Of a stretch of 64,000 nt of DNA, positions 12,164-27,000 are shown piece after piece (positions within the stretch are counted from its first letter, which is position 1; each line of letters opens with the position of its first letter). This DNA is from Thalia democratica. Lineage: Eukaryota. Position numbers and translations under genes: made by a program. The stretch lies in NCBI GenBank assembly GCA_965202585.1, contig OZ241826.1:62248001-62312000 (forward strand), read 5' to 3'. The notes beneath the pieces are model-generated. The model was not told where the DNA came from and made no database searches. It saw only the letters and a list, made by a program, of their open reading frames with translations.

Positions 12164-12664
12164 GGAGAACGAGTCAATTATGCACGAAGTGTCACTTTTG
12201 CATGAAGACACTTTTGCACAAAGGGTCAGTTTTGCACGAGTGATAATTTTTCACGAGAGTTAAAAAAATTTAAATGATAAAAAAATAAAATAAGTAAACC
12301 AAAATAAATTAATTAAAAAATTACCGACCAAGGGTAAGGGGTTGCAAGTATTATAAAACAAAATTTAGAAATAATAAGAAAAACAAGTAACCGATCAAGG
12401 GTAAGCGTTGAGGGTAACAGTGATAGTTATAAAATAAATAAATAAACAAATAAATAAATGATACTAAAAAAAATTTAGAAATGCTGATCAAGGGCAAGGG
12501 TTAGGGGTAATAGTGTTAGTAAAAAAGAAAATAGTTAGTGTTTATAATAAAATAAAATAACAAGTTTTAACCCGTCCAAAATTGTTTTCGTGCAAAAGTG
12601 ACTCTTCGTACAAAAGTGTCATTTCGTGCAAAAGTGTCCCTTCGTACATTTTGACACTTACCCC
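12164..12664. mobile_element. MITE with long imperfect TIRs (TTTTGCACGA subterminal repeats); same family as 26294-26772
   Basis: Left end has repeated TTTTGCACRA, right end the reverse complement TCGTGCAAAA; internal CCAAGGGTAAGGGTT repeats; flanked by TTTTAA on both sides. Partial ends of the same family occur near 11650-11760, 13895-13975 and 51660-51715. Confidence 0.75.
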
Positions 12665-14112
12665 TTTTAAAGACTTGTAGAACTTTAAATTTTCTAAGAA
12701 AGAGAAACACCTTTAGCCAAAAAAAAAATAACGTAGAAAAAGCAGTTGTGTTGTTTTCCGACTAAACTAAAGTTTTGAATTTTTTTTAGGACTAAACGTC
12801 TAAGCTCTGAAATTTAATTTATGGAAAACTAAAAAGTTATAAGTGATTGCCATTAAAATAACACTATATTATTTACACACACTGTTATTTCAAAAGTTTC
12901 ATACTTCTTAACTGTTTCTCCCTTTTTGATTTAAAATTCTGAGTAAAAGTTATACCATAGTCATCGCAGCAAAGTAATTTTTTTGCATCTTAAGTGGCAT
13001 ACATAGATTTACGAGGGAGCAAAGATACAAACTAATCTAAAAAAGGTTTTTTAAGCAAAAAAAAAAACAATTACTTCAAGTATAATAAATAAGCTTAGCT
13101 TAAAACTATCTCCGGTAACATTGAAGTGTTTAAATATTTGTTCGGTAAAAACTTAATTTAAGTCATGTTTTGCATTTTCATAATAAATATTTGAAGTAAC
13201 TTATGTATTCTGTTCTTACAAAATTACTTTAAAAACATAAAGAACATTACTCAAGGTAAAATTACAGTTTTTGATTTAGTTTTCAAACATAAGTAAATAT
13301 CCATTTAAATATACCAAATGTTTCATTATATTTTCTCACTGATAAAGAGAGAAATTTTTTTAGGTATATCTACCACATATATTGTCAAGTTTTTACTTTT
13401 TTGAGTGAAAATACAAAAGTTTAAGTTATATACATTAGATTATTTGTCTAACTGTATTATAGAAAATTAAGTTGAACTAAAATACTGTTTAAAAAAGCTT
13501 ATAAAAATATTTAAAGCAAATTATGACTTTAAACTTATATAAAACACATATAAAAGTTTCTAACAGTTTTAAGACAAGTAAGTTAAAAAAATGACCTTTT
13601 ATATTTTTTGTATATCAATAAACACGTTAAAAATTTTTACAATGTATAAGTTTTTCTTCGAGAGAAGCTATAGAGTATATTGTATGTTACAAATAGAATA
13701 TTTTTGTTTACATGGATAAATTAAGCTAAAAAAGCAAGAAAATTATAGTTTTTCTTTATAACTTCTGACTCATTCCAAACTTTAAATATAAATTAAAGTA
13801 TAAGTAAATTTTTCTGCTTTTAAAAATACTTAGTTTTTTTAATATCTTAAGCCTTATAAACCTCGTGTTTGAAACCTAAAAACAAAAAAATGTGTATAAA
13901 GTGATGACACGTGCAAAAATGACATTCTTATAAGAGTTTCACCCGTAAAAAACGACACTCTTATATAAAAAAACCTTGTATGTTTCTTGTATTCTTATTC
14001 AAACAACTGAGCTAAATACTTGATAAGTTTTTTAAAAAAAAAACTAACCTAATAAATTTTTGTAATTCAAACCTAGGAAAATTAAATATATCTTTTTAGC
14101 TTTGCTTTAAAC

Positions 14113-14376
14113 CAGGTTTTCCTAAGCTTGTTTTTTCAAATTGCCCCTTTAAAGAAATTAAAAAAGATATGGCCCCATCCAACAAATTACTTAAAAAAAT
14201 ACCACTAAAACCAACTTAAACCCTTTTTTTGCTCTTCATCATCAACTCCAGAATATCTAATGTAAGTTTGAAATTATGACCTCGTGGCCCCCCTTTGGCC
14301 CCTTTGCTGCTCATGGCCTGCTGAGTATCTGTCATAGCACCCTAATGGGCCACTTGGCCTACTTTGGTAAACCCTG
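14113..14376. mobile_element. Non-autonomous hAT-type MITE
   Basis: TIRs CAGGTTTTCC / GGTAAACCCTG; exact 8-bp TSD CTTTAAAC at 14105-14112 and 14377-14384. Confidence 0.85.
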
Positions 14377-15059
14377 CTTTAAACTTACTTTATTATCATG
14401 ATAAATGTCGTAGGATATTAAAAATTTTCTTGTTGATTGTCTTGTGGTCCAGTTTAGTGCTATTTTAGATAGCTGGAAAACATCACATTTTTGCCAATGA
14501 TTCCCAAAAACATTACTACAAAGTAGTTAAAAAATTTGAAATAATAATTAAACAGTTTTAATGAACTAAAGAGTTATTGATACTGTAAAATAAGTAGATT
14601 TTATTAGGGGTCGTCAATTGTTTTAGTCGACGAGACAGACTTAACAAAAGAAAAACTTAACGGACTAGACTTGTTATACATACTTTTTTAGGACTGCACA
14701 AAGAAAAAAATAGTTATATTAAAATTAAAAGACACTCTTTAAAAGTAAAACTGTAACAAAAATATCCCTTAATAAACAGTAGCATGATATAAAGATAAAA
14801 TGACAAGCATATTTTAAAATATTTGTAGTAAAAATATTTTTTTTGTACACAGTTCTTAATTTAGATGGTGTTTATTTTGTTTTGACTTCAGTTTAAGTAA
14901 GTAGTAATAAACGAAGTAATTGTAGTAGAAATATTTTATGTAAGTCAGTTTTATTTTGAACTTTTTTTAATTGTTTTCCATTCGATTTCAAATATTAAAA
15001 TATAGTCCTAAACAAGAAACTTAAGTATAGGAACTAGAGATACTTTAATTTTTTAAGTT

Positions 15060-18000
15060 ATGAAAGACACGATTGAAATGCAAGAGAAGGCTAGCAGCAA
15101 GAAGAAAGATGGAACAAAAGCACTTGGTCAGAGTATTGTGGGTCAGTTCACTCCGGTCATCACTGCTGTAGCACATGATTCGGACATGACTCAGACTAAC
15201 AAAGAAACAATGGACAGGAAGTTTACTGCATCTGAGCTCGCTAACCTTACGCTTCACCAGGTTAGAACTAATTTAAAGGACAAAATTCAGGTAGAACTAA
15301 GGAAATTTATACATACTAGCGAAGAATTTTTAGCTAATAATTTTTAAAAATACTCTAATTTTTTATTATGTTTTATGTAGTTACCAAATAACAAACTAAA
15401 TGAGTAATTAATCTAACAACCAAAGATTTTTTCTAGTTTCTAAAGTGTTATAGTTCAGGAATTTTTATGAATTATAAACAAACTGGAGTTACCTAGTTAG
15501 AGCTAAAAAATTAAATCTAAAGTTTCTTAATACAAATAGCAGATTAAAATCAAATAAAATAGAACATTTAATAAAAAGATAAAATATTAAAATTCAAACT
15601 ATGATTTAGTAGGGGTATATACTTTTTAGCTATCGCGTAATCCTTGAGGCCTGAGTTAAGGGATTACTTTTAGTAGAATTAAATACAGAGCTAAAGCTCC
15701 TCTTAGTCTTATTGTTATTTTTTATCAGTGAACGCTTAGAGCGTTTGTTGTTTGGGGCAAGATCTACATTTTCCTACTCAATGGTTATAAAAATATTCAA
15801 GAAAGTAAATATTAAATACAAAAAATAAATATTAATATTCTAATTTTATTATGGTATGTTTATATAGGTGAGAAATCATAAAAACCAGTTTTACAGTTAC
15901 ACTTAGTTTAATCTTCGTAAGTTAAATTAATAAAACCAATTAAAAAACAACAATTTATAAAAAAGAAGTATACTTAACAGATACATGTTGGCACTAAATA
16001 AAATGTTAGTTTAAAAACAACTTAATAAAATAAACATCAACCGCCAACACACGAAAATGGCCGAAAACTAAAATTAGAATTTAATAAAAAATGGGCGGAT
16101 TTCTCACAACCGAACAATGAGTCGAACTTTCTTTTTTTTATATAAGTTTTTTATAAAAAAGACTAAACCTATAATTTTGGTTTAAAGTTAAACATTTACA
16201 ATTTTTAAAATTACCTAGCTTTTTTTATTTACACAGAGGTACGAGACACGAGATTTATTTTATTATAATTTATTGAAACACAGTTTTTTACCCAAAAAGG
16301 ATTGTTAAAATATAAATAGTTCATGACTTTTATATAAAAAAAAATTATAAAAACTTATTAATAAACAGTATTTTCAAAAAAAAAAACGGTATAAGTCTAA
16401 CAGAGCTTAAGCCTAAATCTTCGTATGCCGTGAGATAAGCTCAAGTTAACATATAGGTTTTATCATACCACTTCGGTTGCGACTGACTGTTCAATAAGAA
16501 CACAACTCGAGTTTCAGTCTACTTAAAGCTTGTAGTCTGATGACCAAACGTTTATTTAATGTAAGTGGTAATATTTTAAGATAATTTACTAAGCGATACC
16601 GTTCCTTAAATTGATGCTTAGATGAAAATTTGAGCTTAAAGAGACGTTATGTTTGTTAAAAGCTATAAAAGAGTTCATAAATACACGCAGTTATTTTTTC
16701 AGACTTTAATAAACAATAAGAGTTAGAAACTAAATATTTTTTTAAATAACAAAGATGTAAAAAAATTAAAACAAACATATAATAGTAATCATCAAGAGAA
16801 CGGTTCAAGTAAACAACAGTTACAAGTAAAAAAGTTGTTTTAATAATCTTTTTTGTATAAAATTTTTATTTATTGGTGTTACGTACTTAAAAAAAAAAAA
16901 TTTTTTTTAATGTTATGCTACTTAAAAAGACTTTGTTAAAATTGTACCTAATTTTTGTTCCCTGACATAAACAGAACATTTAGATAATCTATTTCTCGGA
17001 CTAAACACAATGAAACTTAAAACACGTATATATTTACGCAATTTTAATTATCAAAATTTTATTTACGTATATCAAATTTACTTTGTTTTATTTAATACTT
17101 TAATTTGAAAGTTTTCATATATTCAGAAATTTGTAAAACTTTTTACCTCAACTAAAAAATGTTACTATGCAAAAATTTTATAATCAAATAGTATTAAATT
17201 TTAAATAACTAATTAAAAAAAGAAATTTATGAAGAAAGAGTTTTATATAAAATACTTATTTTGCAAACAACAAAGTTATAATAAAAAATAAAACTTCAAA
17301 TGGTAGTTTTTTTTCTTTTCTAAATTAACTTTAAAATTATTTGCATAACTAATTCTTTGAAAACTATTGCTATTTTCGTACTAGTAAGTTTATAAAAAAC
17401 GTATAACCTACAAAGGTAACAATAATGTATGAAATTAATTTTATTTATAAAGTTATAATTTATGCACATAAGAATAGTTTCTTTTCTATATTTTTACAAA
17501 AGTGTTTGAAACTATTATAAGAGCTTTTAACTGTATTATGTATTCAAAAGTTATAAAATAGTCATGGAAATTTTTAAACAAAGTGCAATTTTCAAATATA
17601 ATGCTTTAGTTATAATATAAGTAAAAGCTAATTATCTAAATACATTTTAACTTAAACCAATCAATTCAAAATTAGCAAAACAAACATAATTTATTTACAT
17701 TTAGTAAAATACTAAAAAACACCAACTTTGTGATAAACAAATCTAAAAATCTTAAACGTTACTAAATACAATATGAGCCTATTAGTTAAACAATAAAAAA
17801 CAGTTCAATTTGATTTTTTAATAATTTAAAACACATTTTAAAAAAATTATAAAACGTTAAGTGTATCAAGTTTGAATAATATTTCAAAAAACTATATACA
17901 ATTTTTCTTTGAATAACTTCATTACTTATAGTTTACTTTTGAAATATAATCAAACAAGTTACTAAATACTGGCCGAGCTTCAAGACTAGTTGCAATTAAA

Positions 18001-21000
18001 TGTAATTTTTTATAAAGTTTTTATCTTTTTAGTGATAATGCTTTATGTTTTCACAATTACATGTAACTTTAATAAAAATTAAGCTAGTAAATGATATTTT
18101 TGCATGGTTAATATTTATTAAAACTTGCTTTATAAAGTTATAATACAATGGAATTTGAAATAGTAAGTTGAAAGTAAAAAACTAGTTATATGGAAGTTAA
18201 GCAAACTTTTATTTTAAGTAAACACTTTAGGTGCAAGCAATCTTTATAAATTTATTAACTATTAAAGCATCAAAGTTTGTAGAAAGACTCCATAGTTGGA
18301 AAAGACTAGAATTTTTTCGAAACTTGTTTAAGTTGATGAGGGCCTACAACCAAAAATAAAAACTTAAATTTAAAAACATAGAAGTTTGTTTGGTAAAGAT
18401 TTAAAAACGAGAAGTTTTAAACATTTTTAGCATTTTGAACTTTAATTCATGGTGCAGAGCTTTGTAAAGTAAACTTTCACTTAAAGATAGTCAACCGCCA
18501 GCTTTGTTTATAATTTATAATATAATATTAATAAAACTTTTATTGAAAACATATATCATCAGTTTCAATGATTGTTATTGTTTAAAATCATTCAAAGTCA
18601 TCTGAGCTGAATAGTTTAATAAGCTTTTTTATTTTAAAAAGCTTAAAATTGCTTCACATTTGCTTATATTTTTATACTACGGTTGTCAGACATAAGATAA
18701 TTTATAAAAAAAAATTGATACGAATTCTAATGATAGCAAAATTTAAAAATGATTTAAAATCTATAATGATATAAATTAAAATAAAGGTAGCACGTGAAGG
18801 TGATATCTCATTAATGGACAAGCTGTTAGAAAAGTTTCCACAACACCAGCGTAAAAAGAGGTTAAACCAGTATGACGATTCGAAGCTTGCGACAATTCAC
18901 TATGCAACTAGGTACTCGCATTACCATATGATGGCATACCTTATTAAGAACGGAGCAAGTTAGTACATAAAAGTAAATATTTAAGTAATTTTTTGACGCA
19001 ACTTATCAACGATTTTTACTAGTCTTGAAATAATTCAAGAAAAATTAGGCAAATTAAAAAAAAATTAGCATGAATAATTTTTGCAAAACTATATAAATCA
19101 GCTCTCGTTTAGGATTACTCATTAGAAAACAAGTTATAATATCTAAAAACTTCTAGATATAAATCTTTATATACTTTTTCTCTTTTAGACGTTCAAATAA
19201 AAGGGGAAGATGACATAACTCCCTTACATTTTATAGCAAAATATAAGAAAAAAAAACATACAGATGGTGCTGAAGAAGATGTAAGTATATATTATGCTTT
19301 AAACAAAACTGCTGTTTTGTATGCTTATTTTATTAACTTAAAACTTTTTAATACCACAAATAAACAAAAGCAAAGAAGTTACTTACATTTATTTCTTAAA
19401 GAACTGATGTATTAAACATTTTTTTAAAGTATTTATAATTTATAATTTATAATTTTCAAAATCTATGTTATATAAATTTTCCACTACAGTTTTGTAGGCG
19501 TCGATATATATAATATTTAGAATACTACATTATACATGTAACAAATTCTTCTGTTACATTCAAAACTCAACAGTTCTTTGTTATAAACAGAGAAATAGTT
19601 CAAATGAAACTTTTGTATATAAAAAACTACCATTCATCTTTATGTTATTGAGCCTTTTTTTTTAGGAAGATAGACAAAATTTACTAATTTTTTGTCGCAT
19701 TTTGAAATAGTATATTCAAAGATCAGTATCTGTCATAAAAAAATGATTGATTTTCTGCCAAATTCAGTTCAATTTAAAAGTTTTGTATGTTTTGGTGTTA
19801 CAACGAATAAATAAAAGTACCAGGTTTTTTTTTTGATAAAATTAATGTTCATCATCTATATTAAAATCCAGTTTCAATATTTCGTTTTTAAAAAAGATTA
19901 GTTTGAAATTGGCTAACGTTTAATATAATAAAATCTTAAAACAGCGTTTGTTTACCTGCATTTAAAGGTTAAGACAAATAACCTAACTTACTGCTTTGTG
20001 CTACCTGCTGTATTTTCTATCCCTTTGTGAATTTAATTTCTTAACAAACACTTAAAAACAACCATGTTTTCTCTTTGCATTTACATAGTTTAAATTCATG
20101 TGTTTTGTCCGATATTTTCTAACTGTGATAAATTATTTACCTTTTTGTGTTACACAAAAGTTTTAAATTCTTATGAAATGTCGATAAAAAATTTTCTCTT
20201 AATTTAAGCAAAAACATTTTTATTTTTGCTTTAAACGTTAAGCAAAGTGGTGGTTTGGAGCTCAATATTTTTTTTGTTTTCTTTTTGCTTTTAGCGCTCT
20301 GCACAAACTCGTGCTTGTGACCTGCTTTAACTAACTGTTTTTCAATTAACTTTGTTTCAACTGTTTAAAAAATATACTGATTTTTATATACTTTTAGATT
20401 ATGTTGATTAGTTTTACAACTTGACAACAAATTTATGGTGACCCAAGTTTATGTAGCACATAATTCTTGATTTCTATCCATTGCGTAGTTTACAATGTGC
20501 AGGCCTAGCTCAACATCTACATATTGGACTATTATAAATTTAGACTCCTAAATGGTTTTAAAGTCAAACTTAATCTATAAACTTTAAGTTTTTTTAATAA
20601 TTTTATGCGAGTACTTAACTTACTTTTTAATTGCTAACCATATCTGTGGAGTCAAAATTACTACCTTTTAGTTTATTTTCTTTTTTCGTCAAAATAAAAA
20701 GTCGGAATAAAATTCAAGTTTTTGTAATGTAAAAGCTTTTTTGTGTTAGGTCAATTTGATTATGTGTAGTCGATATGTAAACAAAAGTTATATTTTAGAA
20801 ATTTCTATACTTAATTTACAGCAGTTTTTAACCAAATAAGCGATTTTATAAGTGAAAAATAACATTAAACTCCTTCAATATCTGTTTCAATTTGCCTTTA
20901 TTCTTTTTTGGTCAACTTGTTTAAGAATTCAAAATTTTAATCAGTTGTAGTTTCAAAGTAGTTCTTTGTACTAGTTATCTCACATCTATAGCTATTTTAG

Positions 21001-24000
21001 CAACGTTATTTTGTTTGATTAGCTTATCTACACTTAACTTAATAAGAAAACTTATTTTTATGATCATATGATCATTTTAAAAGCAAGTTGATGTTGAAGT
21101 CTAGGAGATCTTTAATGAATTTTTAAGTTGATTATATCTAATTTGTTTGATTGTTTAATATAAAATTTTTCATATTGTTTGTACATGTTCTTCAAATTAA
21201 TGTTTTTTGAAGAACAAAAAAGCGCTCAAAATATTTGGTCCTAGGATCTAAAAAAAACTTTTCGATTATCGAGTCGAACACCAACTGGATACCTTTTAAC
21301 GTCTTTTCCAGGACTAATACTTTGTTTAAACTTTCGATTGGGTTTAATAGACCTTAGCTATTTGTCAGCAAAATAAATACCCTTACATTTTAAACCATTC
21401 TTAAACACAACGGAACTTTTCCTTTAATAAATTTAGAAAATTATTTTAATTGCATAATTATTTTTCAATCTTTTTTATTATAATCATCTTTATTGTTTTT
21501 ACTAGTTAAGAAAGTTTAACGAAATTGGTTTTATAATTTTTTAGTTATTTAGATTTTAATCGAATTCATATTTTCCTTTCTCAGAGTTTACTATTGTAAA
21601 TTCTATAATTCTAACGATGTTTTTTTTTTACTAATAACGATATTTGTTAGAGTATATCAAAAGTAAAAACAATATTCAGACACTGAGTATTTTGTATCAC
21701 TTTATTACATAAAAGAATAAAAACACAAAAACGAAAACTTATAAGATTTTTTGAACTTACTTGTATGATTTAGAAAAACTTGACTCAGTTCTGTAAATGC
21801 CTGTTTATATATATGATAGTTAGAAGTTTTTATGTGATAAACGCAAAATTTTAAATTGTGCATTTCAAGTATACAAATTTTAACTTACTAGTCTGAAAGT
21901 TGTATGTTTAAATGAGCGACTCTTGGGTTTAATAGATACTGGTGTTTATTAGTTTTATTAATTTAAACTTTTTTTTGAAATCAATAATATTTTTCTTAGA
22001 AAAAACTTTGTATTTTTTCCTTTTAATGTGTAGAATTGTGTTTATTTATAATGGAAAAATGCTAACAAAGCAACCTTAGCTAAAAAAGATCTCGAAAAAA
22101 GTTTTTTTTTGGAGACAATACTAATATCAATTTTATATTTAGACGAAGGTAACGTCGTTTGACTCTAAATTGGGATCTTCAGGCCTTTACAATATAATTA
22201 TGCAATTATATTGTAAAGGCCTGAAGATCCCAATTTAGGGTGAATCGACGTTGCTTTTGTGTAAATAAAATTATAATTAAAAGTAATGTCTGAATTTGAA
22301 AAATCAGAAACAGTTTTTAAATTTATAATCTAATAAATCAATTAAAATAATAAATTATATTTATATCTAAACTTATCAAACTACTAAAATTAAAACAGTA
22401 AGTTTATATTCATAAGGCAAGCTTAGTAAGTAGTATTTTGTTTTTAAATTTTAAATAATTTTAAAGTGTCTTGGTTTAATTAATTACTTTAATAAATTAT
22501 TTTTTTTATAAAAGAACAGTAGGCTTAGCATTTTGGTAATTTAAATGTTAAAAACAGTTACAAATGTCTCCTTATTAAAAACCGTTTTTCTTTTGCCAAA
22601 ATTCTACTTATTGCCCACTGAGCAATTGAAATCGCGTACTTTGGAAATCCTGACTTATATATATATATATATTAATAATATTATAAATATTATTGTAAAT
22701 ATATATATATATATTGAAAAAATTGTAAAAGATTTATCATTAAATAAAAGAAAATAAAGGCAGCAACCCTGCCTACATAATCAAAACATGTATTTAAAAA
22801 GAACAAAATCTACTAAATAATAACAAAAAAAATAACAACAAAATAAATCCAAAAACAAGAACAAACAAAGCAAAAATAAGTTAACTTGTACATAAGTTGT
22901 TATTTAAAAAAGGCTAACAAAAATTATTCAATTTTAGTTGAAACGTCACAATGTGTTTTTTTGTGTGATTCTTTAAAAATCTTACTTTGTTCTTTATTTC
23001 GTTCTGAGGAGATGCATAAAGCATCGAAACTAAGTAAACGATTTGAAAATTAGCTGTTTTTTATATTATAAATAAATATATATATGTATATCAATGCACT
23101 GTTAAAATTCTTTATTGTATCATATTAATAAAAAATTAGTTGTTTTAATATGAGTTTCAAAAATATCCGAATGTTATATTTTTATCTTAAATAATTGTAC
23201 GTAACGACTATAAGCTTTGTTATACAAAATTTAAAAAATATATCAAACGTAAAGTTTTTATTAAAAATTAAAAATTAGTTCAACATATAAAATATTTAAC
23301 TTAATACAACAGGATGACGGGTCAGATGACGAATTGCCAGCCGAAGAGTCGATGTCATGTCTCCATCTACTTGTTGAACATGGTGCCCAACTTAATGCCA
23401 AAGATGCCATGGGTCTGACTCCACTTCATCATGCATGCACGAGAGGGAATACTTCCGTTGTTCGAGAACTTGTAAACTGCGAAGGTATAGGGTTAGAAGT
23501 TCGTAAGTTTAAAAACTTAAATTAGTTAAAACTTTTAGCTATTTTGTAATTAGAATTTCTAAATCATTTTATTCTCAAAATAAATACATCGTCAATAAGA
23601 ATGAAAATTTAAAACATGCAAAGCTTTGAAGAGAAGGGACATCAATTTGTGTACTTAAAATGTTTTATAATACTTTAATACCTATACGTGTATATGCAAA
23701 CTCTACTCTTACGTTTTTATTTTTTATAAAGTTATAAAACAGCTGAGTATACCACAAATTATTTTCTTTAAAAACAACGGAAATTCTTAATACTTATTGA
23801 CAATGTACATGATAAATTTGTGCTAACAAAACTGTTAGCAATGCAATTTTTTTTTTTTTAAGGTATAATACTTTAATTTTGATTTAAATTATAGTCAAAA
23901 AATATAACTTTATTAACTAAAAGCCTGTATGAACAAAATATTACTTTAAAGTGTAAATACTATTAAACTTAAACTGATCATTAACTAAGAAAAACTGTGT

Positions 24001-27000
24001 ACTGCATATCACCTTAAACATCCTTCCAGCTTTAAATAATCAGTATTTAAGTAAAAAAAAAGTAATTAAAAACTAAATGGTGTTGAACTATATTTTAGAT
24101 TAAATTGAAAAAACAACTGTAGATAATTTTTCTGGTACATTCGTGTTACGTACAAGCTTAAATGATAAGAAATCAGAGTAAAGAGGTATAAAAAAATAAA
24201 AATAAACAGATCACAGACAACCAAGGGATGTCACCTTTGCACTTAGCCTGTTTATACGGGCATCTAAAAATAGTCTCTATCTTAGTTGACAATGGTGCCA
24301 ATCTCAGATGCAAAGATAAGGATGCGACTACACCACTTCATCTTGTTTGCGCTGAAGGAACACTTGATGTTAGTTTTTATGAAAAAAGCGTTGCTTAAGG
24401 TGTAAATGGATTATGAAATTTTGTACAAAAAGGTTTACTTTTTATCTACAATTTGAGATAACTAAATAAAAATTTAAATATTTTTAATTTTTTAGAATAC
24501 ATTGGTTAAACCTTTGTTTGACTATTATCAAACAGTGCACATTCCAGAATAAATACTTTTTTTTAGTTTTAATCTTTAAAGTAAACACAAATATTTTTTT
24601 ATAGAAATTCACGACAAATAAAGTAAGTAATAAGTCTTACCATTTTTATAAACACACGCATAATATTTTGTAACGAGTTTAAAAAACCTTATAAGTCGTA
24701 TTTAATGCAAATTGCTCATTAAAGAACAAAGTCGCTAAAGTTATTATACCGTTTTTAAGTTTGTATCGGTTTAAACTTTTCTAAAAAATATCTAAAAAAT
24801 CTGTAAGTCTAATTAATAAGATTATGATAGTAAATAAAAATTAAAATTGTTAAAAGGCTTGATTTAAAATTACTATTATTCAAAACTTATTTCAGCTGTA
24901 CCTCAAAAAACAATTTAAACTTTAGTAAACAAAAAATGCGCATGTAGATCCAATTAAAAAGATTATGATAGTAAAACATTTTTTTTTGATAAGTTAAAAG
25001 AAAAATGAACTATAACACTTAATTATTAAAATTTAAAAAATCTATATTTGAGTTATCCGAATTAATATAGTCGTCCTAAAAAAGGGTCAGAAAATAAGAT
25101 TATTCTAAAAAGTTAATTTTGCAGTTTTACGATAGTTTATAATCTGAATAAGTTTTGTACACTTCAGTGTTTTTTCATTATTTTGTTAGTAATATGCTAG
25201 TAAAAGTTAAGATTTATATAAAAACTATATTTATTCTTTCAAGACTTTGTTATGCAAACTAAGTTTTGATCAAGTGCTTAAATAAAAACCTAACAAGATA
25301 TATAACAGTCATAAAATTAGCAGTTAAACAATTTCTTGTTTAAATATACTAATTAATTAAAGTGTTTAAATACTATTTTTATGACTGTTACATATCTTTT
25401 TAGATTTTTTTATTTAAGCACTGACAAGGTTTTTGACCGTAACTTAGTTTGCATAATAAAGTCTTGAAAGAATAAATGTATTATTTCCCCTCTAGTAGTT
25501 GAGATCTCTTTATTTGTTAAATCAAATCATACAAAATTTATATAAGTTAGTTATATAGTTGGTTTAATAGCTAAACAGATAAAAAAACGTTGTACAAAAG
25601 TAAATACGTAACTTTTTATTTAATACTATATATTCTTATAATATTAAAAGAACAGTAAAATTAATTTTTAATGAACTGTATATAAACTGAACATTAAGAA
25701 TTTTATTTTGACAAAAAAATCAAAACATGTTGACTTAGATTGAATTTTTCTATAACTGAAGACTTAAAACTGCATATACATTAGATAGCAAAACTGTTGC
25801 TTGAAAAAGCGGATCTTGAATGGGAAGAATATAAAAGAAAGATGATTTCAGGAGAAGATGACAAAAAAAATAATGAAGAACAAAAAAAGAAGCAGCATAA
25901 CAGGCATATCAGCATTCCTAACAATCGTCAAGAGGTATCTAACAACTGGTTAAGAGATAAAGGTTATTAGTTTCTTTTTATCCTATCTTTTTTTTATAGT
26001 AACAAGCTAACTTATTTATTAAATAAGTTGTATCGTAAGTTTTTTATAGAGTTAATATCTCTATCTTTCTTTTCTGCCGTTGATAATCATTTCTAATACA
26101 AATTAACTTATATAGTTTTCTAAAAAAACGGTGCTTATGAATTAAGTAATGTTCTAAATAGTATTAACATGTTACTGAAGTAAAACATTTTTAAAATGTA
26201 TAACAATGGTTTTATTAAACTTAAGCTAACTTAACTATAATAATAAGAAATAAATGTTTAACACACAGGTACACAAATAAATATACGTATATAGGGGACG
26301 GGTCAAGTATTCACGAAGAGACTTTTGCACAAAGGGTAAATTTTGCGGAGTGAAAACTTTGCACGAGAATTTTAAAATGATAATGCTATTAAAATAAAAC
26401 TAAAGTTAATAAAAAAAGTTACTGACCAAGGGAAAGGGTTAGGGGTAACAGCTATAGTAAAAAAAAGTTAAATTAAACTAAACAAATAGATATAAGTTGT
26501 ATATATAATTACTGACTAAGGGAAACAGTAGAAGTAAAAAAAATAAAATAAAAAGTAATAAATAAAGAACAAAAAATAGTAGTAAAAAAAATAAAAAACA
26601 TACCAAAGGCAAGGCTTATGGGTAACAGGGTAGTAAAAAACTAAAGAACAAATTAATAAATGTAAAATAAAAAAGTTTCAACTCGTGCAAAAGTGTCTTC
26701 CTGCAAAAGTAACGCCGTGCAAAAGTGTTCCTTGGTGGAAATGTGTCCCTTCGTGTATTTTTGAAACCTACCTACGTATATATTAATGAAAAAAAAATAT
26801 TTTAGTAAAAAAATATTAAGACGAAAAAAAGTATGACCGAGTATAACTTTAAATACTTCAATGTTTTATTTTAAGCTCTATAATTAAGTTTTGTAAAATA
26901 AATATATATCGTGTAGATAAATTTTGTATAAAACTTTTGTTAGGTTTAATAATGATGATTTTGGTATATTTTTTGTTTTAAAGACTACTAGTAATTATAA

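Noticed and set aside
15261-15347. ORF-track extension of exon 1, and an alternative donor at 15290
   Set aside because: Splicing at 15260 creates the ankyrin motif TLHQ|VAREG; the extension disrupts it and runs into a stop.
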